Below are positions 1-8,766 of a DNA stretch of 46,583 bases, piece by piece (within the stretch, counting starts at the first letter, position 1; every line of letters starts with the position of its first letter). The notes beneath the pieces are model-generated. The model saw nothing but the letters and a program-made list of their open reading frames with translations. It made no database searches and was not told the origin of the DNA. The stretch comes from Clostridia bacterium (lineage in GTDB: Bacteria; Bacillota; Clostridia; DUPQ01): assembly GCA_030592085.1 (NCBI GenBank), contig JAUUZV010000002.1, positions 1 to 46,583 of the forward strand, given 5' to 3'. Made by a program: the position numbers and the translations under genes.

Positions 1-910
1 AACCCTAATGGCTGTTATTCAATTAAGTAATGGTGTTTTGAATATGTATTGGATACTTAGTGATTCTCTTACAACACTACAACAATCAATAGCTGGTAGT
101 GATCGAGTGATGGAAGTTCTTGATAGTGATGAGGAAATAAATGGTGAAGTTATAGAAACTATAGACTCTACTAAACATGCTATTAATATAAGTAATGTAA
201 CATTTGCTTATCAAACAGGAGAAACAGTTATAGATAATATTTTACTATCTGTAAAAAAAGGGCAAACCATTGCTCTAGTTGGTGGTAGCGGAAGTGGAAA
301 GAGTACATTATTTAAATTATTACTTGGTTTTTATAAGGTTGATAGTGGTGACGTTAAAATATTTGATAATCCAGTAAATACTCACATAGAAAGTATTAGA
401 GAACAGATTGCTTACGTGCCTCAAGTTAATTACCTTTTCTCTGGAACTATAAAAGAGAATATATCATATGGTAAAAAAGAAGCAACAACAAAGGAAATTA
501 TAAAAGCTGCAAAAGCTGCACAGGCTCATGACTTTATAATGGAAATGACAGAAGGATATGACACATTAGTTGGAGAAAGAGGCTCATCTCTATCTGGTGG
601 ACAAAGACAACGTATTGCTATTGCTAGAGCCCTAATAAAAGATGCTCCAATTCTACTATTGGACGAAGCTACATCTTCACTTGATAGTCAATCAGAAAGC
701 AAAGTTCAAAAAGCAATTGATGAATTGATTAAAGGACGCACATCAATAATTGCTGCACATCGTTTATCAACCATTAAACACGCTGATAAAATCATTGTTT
801 TAGAAGATGGATTAATTACTGAAGAGGGAACTCACGAAGAATTATTACTTAAAAATGGACGATATGCTTATTATTATCAACTACAATTTAGAAAAGAAGT
901 TTCTGTGTAA
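1..910 (+). CDS. ABC-type exporter, C-terminal nucleotide-binding domain (gene 5'-truncated by window edge)
   Basis: Frame is open from the window start. Walker A GGSGSGKST, ABC signature LSGGQRQR, Walker B ILLLDEATSSLD, H-loop AAHRLST. Confidence 0.9.
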   Translation, partial: TLMAVIQLSNGVLNMYWILSDSLTTLQQSIAGSDRVMEVLDSDEEINGEVIETIDSTKHAINISNVTFAYQTGETVIDNILLSVKKGQTIALVGGSGSGKSTLFKLLLGFYKVDSGDVKIFDNPVNTHIESIREQIAYVPQVNYLFSGTIKENISYGKKEATTKEIIKAAKAAQAHDFIMEMTEGYDTLVGERGSSLSGGQRQRIAIARALIKDAPILLLDEATSSLDSQSESKVQKAIDELIKGRTSIIAAHRLSTIKHADKIIVLEDGLITEEGTHEELLLKNGRYAYYYQLQFRKEVSV

Positions 911-915
911 TTATA

Positions 916-2160
916 TTATTTAGCGTTTGCAAGCATTAGTTTAATTCTGTTTTCTTGATTTATCTTTGTGGCACTTGGATCATAATCAATTGACACAATA
1001 TTTGCATCTTGATGATTGTCCTTTATTTTTCTAATCATTCCCTTACCAACAACATGATTTGGTAAGCAACTAAATGGTTGTGCACAAACTACATTATTAA
1101 TATCCATATGAATAAACTCAAGCATCTCAGCTGTAAGCAACCAACCTTCACCCATTCTATTCCCTTGTCCAACATATCCTTTTACTAATTCTTTTAATTT
1201 GGAAAATCGTGCTACTTTTCTAAAGTCACTATTTTTTTCAATAGCATCAATCATTTCATCTTGCATAACAATAAATTTATCCATTAGCCATTTAGTAATT
1301 TTATACTTTATTATTTTTCCACCAAATAATTCAATATCAACAACTCTGTTATCTGCTTTGAAAATTAGAAAATCCATTAATCCTGGAACAACAACTTCAC
1401 AATCCTCATCTAATAAAAATTGCTCTAAATTATTATTTCCTAACCTTGCATATTTAATATATATCTCACCAACAATCCCTACTTTTTTCTTATATACATC
1501 ATGTTTTTTTATTGCAGCAAAGTCTTTAACAATTAAATGTAAATTACTTTTTACTTTCTTGTATTGGAGGTTTCTACTCTTTGTAAACTCAAGTAAAAGC
1601 TTTTCTTCCCACTTATGTACCAATTTATTACTTTCCCCTTTATTTACTTCATAGGGACGAACTTGATTAAATAGCCACATAAGCATATCTGCATAGGCAA
1701 CAGAATAAGTCATTTTTAGTACCAATGGCAATCCTAGTTTAAATCCAGGGTTTTTTTCAAACCCTGATAAATTTAAAGAAATTACAGGAATATATTCAAG
1801 GTTATTATGTTTTAAAGCTTTTCTAAGTAAGTGTATGTAATTACTAGCTCTACATCCACCACCTGTTTGTGTAATCATTAAAGCAAGTTTGTTTTTATCA
1901 TACTTACCACTTTTAATAGCTGTAATTAATTGACCAATAACTAATAACGCAGGATAGCAAGTATCATTATGAACAGCTCTTAGACCCTCTTGTACAATGT
2001 CATTTCCTTCAGTATCTAATAATGCAGTATCATAACCTTCTACTCTAAATAACCCTTCAAGTAAAGTAAAATGAATAGGTAACATAGTTGGAAGCAAGAC
2101 TTTATATTCTTTTTTCATTTGCTTTGTAAAAATAATTCTATCGTCTTTTTTCTTAGCCAC
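916..2160 (-). CDS. 2-hydroxyacyl-CoA dehydratase-family protein (HgdB/YjiM-like; activase-related partner)
   Basis: 414 aa. Conserved Cys contexts HNDTCYPALL, TGGGCRASNY and CAQPFSCLPNH fit the dehydratase/benzoyl-CoA-reductase superfamily. 8-nt overlap with the upstream activase gene implies co-translation. Confidence 0.7.
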   Translation of the reverse strand: MAKKKDDRIIFTKQMKKEYKVLLPTMLPIHFTLLEGLFRVEGYDTALLDTEGNDIVQEGLRAVHNDTCYPALLVIGQLITAIKSGKYDKNKLALMITQTGGGCRASNYIHLLRKALKHNNLEYIPVISLNLSGFEKNPGFKLGLPLVLKMTYSVAYADMLMWLFNQVRPYEVNKGESNKLVHKWEEKLLLEFTKSRNLQYKKVKSNLHLIVKDFAAIKKHDVYKKKVGIVGEIYIKYARLGNNNLEQFLLDEDCEVVVPGLMDFLIFKADNRVVDIELFGGKIIKYKITKWLMDKFIVMQDEMIDAIEKNSDFRKVARFSKLKELVKGYVGQGNRMGEGWLLTAEMLEFIHMDINNVVCAQPFSCLPNHVVGKGMIRKIKDNHQDANIVSIDYDPSATKINQENRIKLMLANAK

Positions 2161-5083
2161 GTTTACTCCTTTTATTTTCTATAGCTGCTAATAAGCTTCT
2201 TATCCTGATTTTTGCAGCTCCTAGATTGTTAATTTCGTCAATTTTTATTTGTGTATAAAACTTATTTCCTTTTTCTAGTATTTCTCTAATTTCATCTGTG
2301 GTAATGGCATCTGTTCCACAACCAAAAGAGACTAATTGAATCATCTCCATATCAGGTTGTGTTGTCACATAAGTTGCTGCATTATACATTCTAGAGTGAT
2401 ATGTCCACTGATTTAAGATACCTAGTGATTGTTTCTTTATGTGATGAGATATACAGTCTTCTGTAATAACTACACAATCATATGTTATTAATAAATCATC
2501 AATTCCGTGATTGATTTCAGGATCTATATGATAAGGACGTCCCGCTAAAACAATAATTTGCAAATTATTCTCGCGAGCATATGTAATTGCTTTTTCACCT
2601 TGGGATATAATAAATTGTCTATACTTCTCATAAGCTGTATATGCAATCTTACATGCAATTTTTATTTCTTCCTTAGTTACATTGAATTTTTCATTAAAAT
2701 ACTCAAAAGCTTTCTTTTCAAAATCTTTTCGACGATGAATTCCAAAATATGGCATATGATACTCTACTTCTTGTAATCTGTGTACATTTGCGCTTAATAG
2801 TTCAGGATAGTAAGCAACAACAGGACAATTATAATTATTATCTCCAATTTTTTCATCAAAATTATATGTCATACAAGGATAAAAAATATGCTTTATACCC
2901 TTATCTATTAATTTTTCAATATGACCATGCATTAATTTTGCAGGGTAACATACGGTATCTGAGGGAATTGTATGCTGACCAAGTGTATATAGTTGCCTAT
3001 TAGAAATTCCTGAAATAATCACTTCAAATCCAAGTGATGTCAAAAATCCATGCCAGAAAGGATGGTTTTCATACATGTTTAAACCAAAAGGAATACCAAT
3101 TTTTCCTCTCCTACCTTTTTCAGGAACAAGTTTTCTAAGATAATTACTTTTTTCTTTAAATAAATTAGGATGTCTTTTTTTAATAGTATTTTCATATGGT
3201 CTTTCACATCGATTACCTGATATATATTTTTTATCACTACCAAATTCATTAATAGTTAATGGACATTTATTTGTACACAATTCACATGTTGTATTGTTTG
3301 TTGTATGTTCAAAGTTAGAAAGTTGTTCTAATGATATTAGATTCCCTTTTTTAGGGATATTAGCTTTAGCATATAAAGCAGAGCCATACGCACCCATTAA
3401 ACCTGCAATTTCTGGACGAATAACTTGTCTGTCAATTTCTATTTCAAAACTTCGTAAAATACCATCATTTAACAGTGTTCCTCCTTGAACGACAATCTCT
3501 TTTCCTAAATCATCAGCAGAATTGGCTCTAATAACTTTATATATCGCATTTTTTATAACACTCATTGCAAGACCTGCAGATATATCTTCAATTGATGCAC
3601 CTTCTTTTTGTGCTTGTTTAATTGATGAATTCATAAACACTGTACAACGGCTACCAAGATCTATTGGCTGTTTCGCAAATATAGCTTTTTTCGCAAAATC
3701 TTTTACCTCATATCCTAATGCCTTTGCATATGTTTCAATAAAAGAACCACACCCAGAAGAGCAAGCTTCATTTAATATAACACTATCAACTGAGTTATTT
3801 CTTATTCTGAAGCATTTAATATCTTGGCCACCAATATCTAAAATAAAATCAACTTTCTCATTAAAGTGTTTTGCGGCTAAATAATGAGCAAAGGTTTCAA
3901 CTAAGCCATGGTCTATTGAGAAGGCTGTCTTTATAATATCTTCACCATAACCAGTAACAGTACTCGCCTTTATTATTGTTTCTTCATTTTTTTCACTTAA
4001 TAGTTTTTGTAGTTGTTCTTTTATTACAATCACAGGATTTCCATGATTTGATGTGTAGTATTCATATAATATTTTATTATCTTCTGATAGTAACACTAGT
4101 TTTGTAGTTGTACTTCCAGCATCAATTCCTAAATATGCATTTCCTTTATACTCACCTAAAGATTCTCTTGGAACTTTTGTACTTTGATGTCTTTTTAAAA
4201 ACTCATCATACTCTTGTTCATCATTAAATAAAGGATTAAAAGTGTTAGTCAATTGATTATCAGAAACTTTATGTCTTATGCTTTCCATTAAATGATCAAA
4301 GAATATAGGTTCTTCATTAGCTGCATACATAGCCGCTCCCATAGCTACATAATATTGTGCATCTTCTGGAAACATTGCATACTCTTCATCTAATTTAAGA
4401 CTAATGACAAAGCGTTCTCTTAATCCTAAAAAGAAAGTTAAAGGACCTCCTAAAAATGCTACCTTACCTTCTATAATTCTTCCTTGTGATAATCCTGCAA
4501 CAGTTTGGTCAACTACAGCTTGATAAACACTAGCAGCAATGTTTTCTTTTTTAGCACCTTGATTTAATAGGGGTTGAATATCTGACTTTGCAAAAACACC
4601 ACATCTACTGGCAATAGTATAAATTTTATCATGAGACTGACTTAGTTCATCTAATTCTTCCATTGAAACATTTAACAAAGTGGCCATTTGATCTATAAAT
4701 GCACCAGTTCCACCGGCACAGGACCCATTCATTCTAAACTCAAATCCGTTGGTTAAAAAAATTATTTTTGCATCTTCTCCACCTAATTCAATGACAACAT
4801 CACAATCTGGAATTTTTTCATTAATTATTAATTGGGTAGCATATACTTCTTGTACAAAAGGAAGTTCACAATCTTTAGATAACCCAAGTCCTGCTGAACC
4901 AGTTAAACAAACATATAATTTTTCTTTTTTATTTATAAATTGATTAACTACAGCCAATAATTCAATGGTTGTTTTACGAACTTCAGATAAGTGTCGCTGA
5001 TACTTTTTATATACTATTTGATAATCTTTATCAAATAGTACTAATTTAACAGTTGTTGATCCAACATCAATGCCTAAATACAA
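2153..5083 (-). CDS. Fused double BadF/BadG/BcrA/BcrD-type ATPase (HgdC-like 'CoA-substrate-specific enzyme activase') with C-terminal dehydratase-related domain
   Basis: Two copies of the N-terminal ATPase motif (MYLGIDVGSTTVKLVL; AYLGIDAGSTTTKLVLL). Each is followed by cluster-Cys contexts (GSCAGGTG/SRCGVFAKSD; ACSSGCGSF/GSRCTVFMNS). Then CX2CX3C (CELCTNKC) and a roughly 380-aa Cys-containing tail (TVCYPAKL, YNCPVVAYYPE, SFGCGTDA). TTG start at 5083, 4 nt after GGAGAG. Confidence 0.8.
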   Translation of the reverse strand: MYLGIDVGSTTVKLVLFDKDYQIVYKKYQRHLSEVRKTTIELLAVVNQFINKKEKLYVCLTGSAGLGLSKDCELPFVQEVYATQLIINEKIPDCDVVIELGGEDAKIIFLTNGFEFRMNGSCAGGTGAFIDQMATLLNVSMEELDELSQSHDKIYTIASRCGVFAKSDIQPLLNQGAKKENIAASVYQAVVDQTVAGLSQGRIIEGKVAFLGGPLTFFLGLRERFVISLKLDEEYAMFPEDAQYYVAMGAAMYAANEEPIFFDHLMESIRHKVSDNQLTNTFNPLFNDEQEYDEFLKRHQSTKVPRESLGEYKGNAYLGIDAGSTTTKLVLLSEDNKILYEYYTSNHGNPVIVIKEQLQKLLSEKNEETIIKASTVTGYGEDIIKTAFSIDHGLVETFAHYLAAKHFNEKVDFILDIGGQDIKCFRIRNNSVDSVILNEACSSGCGSFIETYAKALGYEVKDFAKKAIFAKQPIDLGSRCTVFMNSSIKQAQKEGASIEDISAGLAMSVIKNAIYKVIRANSADDLGKEIVVQGGTLLNDGILRSFEIEIDRQVIRPEIAGLMGAYGSALYAKANIPKKGNLISLEQLSNFEHTTNNTTCELCTNKCPLTINEFGSDKKYISGNRCERPYENTIKKRHPNLFKEKSNYLRKLVPEKGRRGKIGIPFGLNMYENHPFWHGFLTSLGFEVIISGISNRQLYTLGQHTIPSDTVCYPAKLMHGHIEKLIDKGIKHIFYPCMTYNFDEKIGDNNYNCPVVAYYPELLSANVHRLQEVEYHMPYFGIHRRKDFEKKAFEYFNEKFNVTKEEIKIACKIAYTAYEKYRQFIISQGEKAITYARENNLQIIVLAGRPYHIDPEINHGIDDLLITYDCVVITEDCISHHIKKQSLGILNQWTYHSRMYNAATYVTTQPDMEMIQLVSFGCGTDAITTDEIREILEKGNKFYTQIKIDEINNLGAAKIRIRSLLAAIENKRSKRG

Positions 5084-5112
5084 AAGTCTCTCCTATCGAT
5101 ATAATATATTAG

Positions 5113-5141
5113 AGTATACCAATTGTAAAAATCATAGTCAA
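5113..5141 (-). promoter_or_regulatory. Putative sigma-A promoter for the activase/dehydratase operon
   Basis: On the minus strand: TTGACT (5136-5141), 17-nt spacer ending in TGg, then TATACT (5113-5118). This lies about 30 nt upstream of the TTG start. Confidence 0.45.
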
Positions 5142-5222
5142 TGAACAGCTGTTACATTTTGTCAAAAAGAAGTAATAATTTCTCTTAATACTCTTATATA
5201 TACTATAAAATATATATAATTT

Positions 5223-6572
5223 TTACTTTTCGTTAAAAGGTGCTAAATGTTTTTTAAAATGTTCTTCTAAGTATGTATTATATAAATCTATATGTAAAAG
5301 CAGTGTTTTATTAAAACGCTCTTTATATTTGTCTAATACAGAACCAAAGGTAACATGAAGCACTTGCCTTGCATCAAAGTTTGAAAACAATTCAATATAT
5401 TCATCTACCTTTGGTAGATTATCTAATTTTGCAGATACATGATAAGTAGCTTTATCTGTCAAATATCTTTGCTTACAAAATTCATAGATTTCTTTAAAGA
5501 AAGGTTTGTCAACTGTTGCAATTACTTTTAGTGCTTCTAAATAACTAGTACCTGCTGTTTTAACATGAATTTTGTTATTTGTTCTAAGAGCAAGTTCGTT
5601 ATAGATACTAAACTTATCACTTCCTGTATGTATTGACAGTTTATATCCACCAATATAATTCATGATTCTCACATGCTTTTTAAGTTGTTCATTAAACTCT
5701 TTTATATCACCAATATAATCTACACCCTTTTCAAAACTACCCACAAATCGTGGTGCTATGCTTATAAAAGGAACATTACTTTTTCGCAATTCTCTAACAA
5801 TGAAAAAATGCTCAAATGGTGTTGTTGCTGAAGTTGTTTCATCAACGGACATTTCTAAATCAAATTTTTCTAATTTTTGTTGTAAAAATAAGGCCATTTC
5901 CTTAGCATGTTTAATAGCTTTTCCATACTTAACTTTGGCCATTAGTACTTTTTCCTCAGTAATATCTAAATCTAAAGGATTTTTTAATAATAAATATTCG
6001 TTGACTAAAGATTGATTATTTCCAACTTCTTTTAACTCACTTATTGAATATTGGTTAGCTTGATTATTAACATAATCACTTGGATCAATAGTATAAAAAG
6101 TAAAACCTGCATTTATAAATGAAATAAAATCATCCTTCTCTTTAATATGATCAGCATCTGCTCCCCAAATTTCATGATAACCACTTTCAAATATTTGCCA
6201 CATAGCATCATCTATTACCTGTTGTGGAGTTCTCCCTGTTCGCTGGTTTTCTCTTACTGATTGCTGAGCGAAAACAGGATAAATCGAAGTTCCCTCAACT
6301 GCACTAATATGACCACAGGTAGCATATCCAAGTCTGTCTCCAAATCCAAAAGATGTATTCATTGATAATGGCTTTGGTGTTAACCATGGAAAAATTTTTC
6401 TTACTTGATTAGCATTTTTTTCTGTTAATGGAGCAATAAAAACTTCATCTAAATATTTTCCATCAAATCCATCATGACTACCAACAATGCACAAATGCTT
6501 TGTGTGGTCAATTATACCAATATAGTAATTAGTGTTATTATAACTTGCTTTTGATTTCTTAAAGATAACCAT
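5223..6572 (-). CDS. Tagaturonate/fructuronate epimerase (UxaE)-like sugar epimerase
   Basis: 449 aa. The block FGFGDRLGYATCGHISA...PVFAQQSVRENQRTGRTPQQVIDDAMW...WGADADHIK matches my recollection of the UxaE family core. No search was run. Confidence 0.5.
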   Translation of the reverse strand: MVIFKKSKASYNNTNYYIGIIDHTKHLCIVGSHDGFDGKYLDEVFIAPLTEKNANQVRKIFPWLTPKPLSMNTSFGFGDRLGYATCGHISAVEGTSIYPVFAQQSVRENQRTGRTPQQVIDDAMWQIFESGYHEIWGADADHIKEKDDFISFINAGFTFYTIDPSDYVNNQANQYSISELKEVGNNQSLVNEYLLLKNPLDLDITEEKVLMAKVKYGKAIKHAKEMALFLQQKLEKFDLEMSVDETTSATTPFEHFFIVRELRKSNVPFISIAPRFVGSFEKGVDYIGDIKEFNEQLKKHVRIMNYIGGYKLSIHTGSDKFSIYNELALRTNNKIHVKTAGTSYLEALKVIATVDKPFFKEIYEFCKQRYLTDKATYHVSAKLDNLPKVDEYIELFSNFDARQVLHVTFGSVLDKYKERFNKTLLLHIDLYNTYLEEHFKKHLAPFNEK

Positions 6573-6658
6573 AAAATCCTCTTTTATTTATTATTTTTCT
6601 TTATTCTACAATTTTATAAATTATTATTCAATAGATTTATAAGTAGCTAGTAAGAAAA

Positions 6659-8188
6659 TTAATACATCATCTTCTTATAAAGAGAGTGTAAACTTCTATA
6701 AATTTTCTGATAAATATTATGATAGATTCCATCATAAATTTTCGCATTTTTTTCATCAGGATAAAATATCTTAGACTCATGAACCATCTCGTTTACCGCT
6801 TGTTCAAAAGAGGAAAACTTTTTAAGTGCTACAAATCCTACAATTGCCGCACCTAACCCTGATGTTTCATATGTCTGTACTCTCTTAACTTGACGGTTAA
6901 ACATATCTGCAGTAATTTGTGCTATACCGTCACTTTGTGAACCTCCACCTGATAACATAATCGTTTTAACTTTAACTTTGGATTTTTTTTCAATGGCTTT
7001 TACACCTTCAAATAGTCCATATCCAATTCCCTCAATAATTGCTCTGTAAATATGTATTCTCGTATGAACATCACTAAATCCAATTATGGATCCCTTTGCT
7101 TCAGGTGTTTTAATACCACTACCCCAATAAGGTTGTAATATTAATCCTTCACTTCCAGGAGGAACTTCACTTAATCTATCATTTAATAATTTCTCTGGAG
7201 TTGTTCCTAAATCAATTGCATCTTGTGTTTCTTTTTGAGCAAATTGTTCTTTAAACCATGAAATCATCCAATACCCTCTATATATCTGAATCTCAGGATT
7301 GTACTTTCCTGGAATAGCCGCCATAAATGGTGGAATAAAAGGAATTGCCTCATAATACTTACTTGATGTAGTTTGTACTGAAGCCTGCGAACCAAGAGAG
7401 ATACTAGCTACATCATTATCCAAACATCCTACTCCAATGGTTTCACATGCTTTATCGCTACCTGCAGATATAAATGCTAACCCCTCTTTAAGTCCAGTAA
7501 CTTGGCTTGCTTGTTTGGTAATTTTACCTGTTACTGTTGCAGGGTCTTTTAATGGTATAAATTTATCTCTATCTATTTGAAAAAACTGAGATTTAATCGA
7601 ATATGGTTTTTCCCATGTGAATCGTTTATGATCAAATGGAACATGACCAACTTGGTTAGATGCATTGTCAACTAATTCTCCACAAAGCAAATAATTTAAA
7701 TAACCTGATAACATTACATAATCAGTTGTTTTGCTCCAAATATCCGGTTGATGCTTTTCAATCCAATGGCCAGCACAGGATATACTTAATTTATGTGCAG
7801 TTTCATACATTCCAACAATTTTTGTAATAACATTATAATACCATTTCATTGGTTTCATCTCTTTAAGTTTACGTTGATCCATCCACACAATAGCAGGTCT
7901 AAGGACTTCATGGTTTTTATCTAAACAAATGGCTGTATCTCTTTGTGTTGTTAATGAAACTCCAATAATTTTATCAAAAGCTTCTCTATTTTCTTTTTTA
8001 AGTTGGTTTGTAACACGACATAAACTATCCCAATAAATTGTGACATGTTGTTCTGCATATCCTGGTTTGTCAGAAAAATATGGTTCAAATGTTTCTTTTA
8101 CTTTATGAATCATCTTCCCTTTACTATCAAAAATAATAGCTCTTATACTCTGTGTTCCACAATCAATTGCTAAGATATATTCGTTCAT
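6659..8188 (-). CDS. FGGY-family carbohydrate kinase (xylulokinase/glycerol-kinase-like)
   Basis: 509 aa. N-terminal ILAIDCGTQSIRAIIFD and C-terminal MLSGGGSQSDGIAQITADMF are typical FGGY N- and C-domain motifs. GGAG RBS upstream. Confidence 0.85.
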   Translation of the reverse strand: MNEYILAIDCGTQSIRAIIFDSKGKMIHKVKETFEPYFSDKPGYAEQHVTIYWDSLCRVTNQLKKENREAFDKIIGVSLTTQRDTAICLDKNHEVLRPAIVWMDQRKLKEMKPMKWYYNVITKIVGMYETAHKLSISCAGHWIEKHQPDIWSKTTDYVMLSGYLNYLLCGELVDNASNQVGHVPFDHKRFTWEKPYSIKSQFFQIDRDKFIPLKDPATVTGKITKQASQVTGLKEGLAFISAGSDKACETIGVGCLDNDVASISLGSQASVQTTSSKYYEAIPFIPPFMAAIPGKYNPEIQIYRGYWMISWFKEQFAQKETQDAIDLGTTPEKLLNDRLSEVPPGSEGLILQPYWGSGIKTPEAKGSIIGFSDVHTRIHIYRAIIEGIGYGLFEGVKAIEKKSKVKVKTIMLSGGGSQSDGIAQITADMFNRQVKRVQTYETSGLGAAIVGFVALKKFSSFEQAVNEMVHESKIFYPDEKNAKIYDGIYHNIYQKIYRSLHSLYKKMMY

Positions 8189-8202
8189 TTTTTAGTATCT
8201 CC

Positions 8203-8766
8203 TTACTTTGCTATTCTTATCATAGACATAAATATGTCCCACCCATAGTATTCCTCATGCCCTTTATGTTGTAAAGTTTCTGTTGTTAGCTTTTCAATAT
8301 ATTCTGTTAACTCATGCATTTGCTCTTCAGTTAAATAGGCTATCCCATTCTTAAAACTACCATTTTGTCTAAATTTTTCTTTACCAACTGGTAATTCTTT
8401 AAGTCTATCAATATAGTTATCTTTAATCTTTCCAAACTCATTTTCTACCATTGAATATATTTCATCTGTAATTTTACTGTCATGACTTCTTTCAATCCTA
8501 ACACCACAATACGCAATTTTCATGTATCGTGCTACAATTCCATTAATAGTTTCTGTATGATCTAGGGATAAAAATGAAAATTTCTCAAGCACTTTAACAT
8601 GATAATGAACTTTAGACGGTGGCTCGCCTAACATATCTGCAACCTGTTTTGCAGTCATAGGTTTATTTGATCTTTCATATACTTTTATAATTTGTTGACG
8701 GTAAGGATCTTGAAAAGCCCTTATTTCCTTTAATGTTTTTAAAACTAAATCATTTTTCATCTTCAA
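8203..8766 (-). CDS. ArsR-like winged-helix transcriptional regulator
   Basis: 187 aa. wHTH segment MTAKQVADMLGEPPSKVHYHVKVLEKFSFL. Overlaps the 3' end of the upstream MFS gene by 17 nt. Confidence 0.65.
   Translation of the reverse strand: MKMKNDLVLKTLKEIRAFQDPYRQQIIKVYERSNKPMTAKQVADMLGEPPSKVHYHVKVLEKFSFLSLDHTETINGIVARYMKIAYCGVRIERSHDSKITDEIYSMVENEFGKIKDNYIDRLKELPVGKEKFRQNGSFKNGIAYLTEEQMHELTEYIEKLTTETLQHKGHEEYYGWDIFMSMIRIAK

Noticed and set aside
1199-1654. 151-aa plus-strand ORF. Similar antisense ORFs appear in the track at 2558-2776, 2749-3003, 3294-3488, 3522-3884, 4749-4943, 5758-6015, 8934-9164, 14457-14639, 15452-15652, 15689-16048, 21000-21191, 21322-21519, 24637-24870, 25045-25236, 26428-26676, 27361-27546, 29050-29262, 31891-32148, 33713-33898, 35219-35437, 36234-36440, 37819-38031, 38396-38748, 41775-41960, 42410-42694, 42833-43057, 43425-43670 and 46002-46193.
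   Set aside because: All lie wholly inside, and antisense to (or out of frame with), long ORFs that have clear family motifs. Their translations are low-complexity (Ser/Phe/Leu/Ile-rich), as expected from the reverse complement of AT-rich coding DNA. None has a convincing RBS.
5141-5157. Palindromic sequence TGAACAGCTGTTACA as a CcpA cre site
   Set aside because: It lacks the central CG of the cre consensus and its spacing is off by one. It is retained only as a generic candidate operator.
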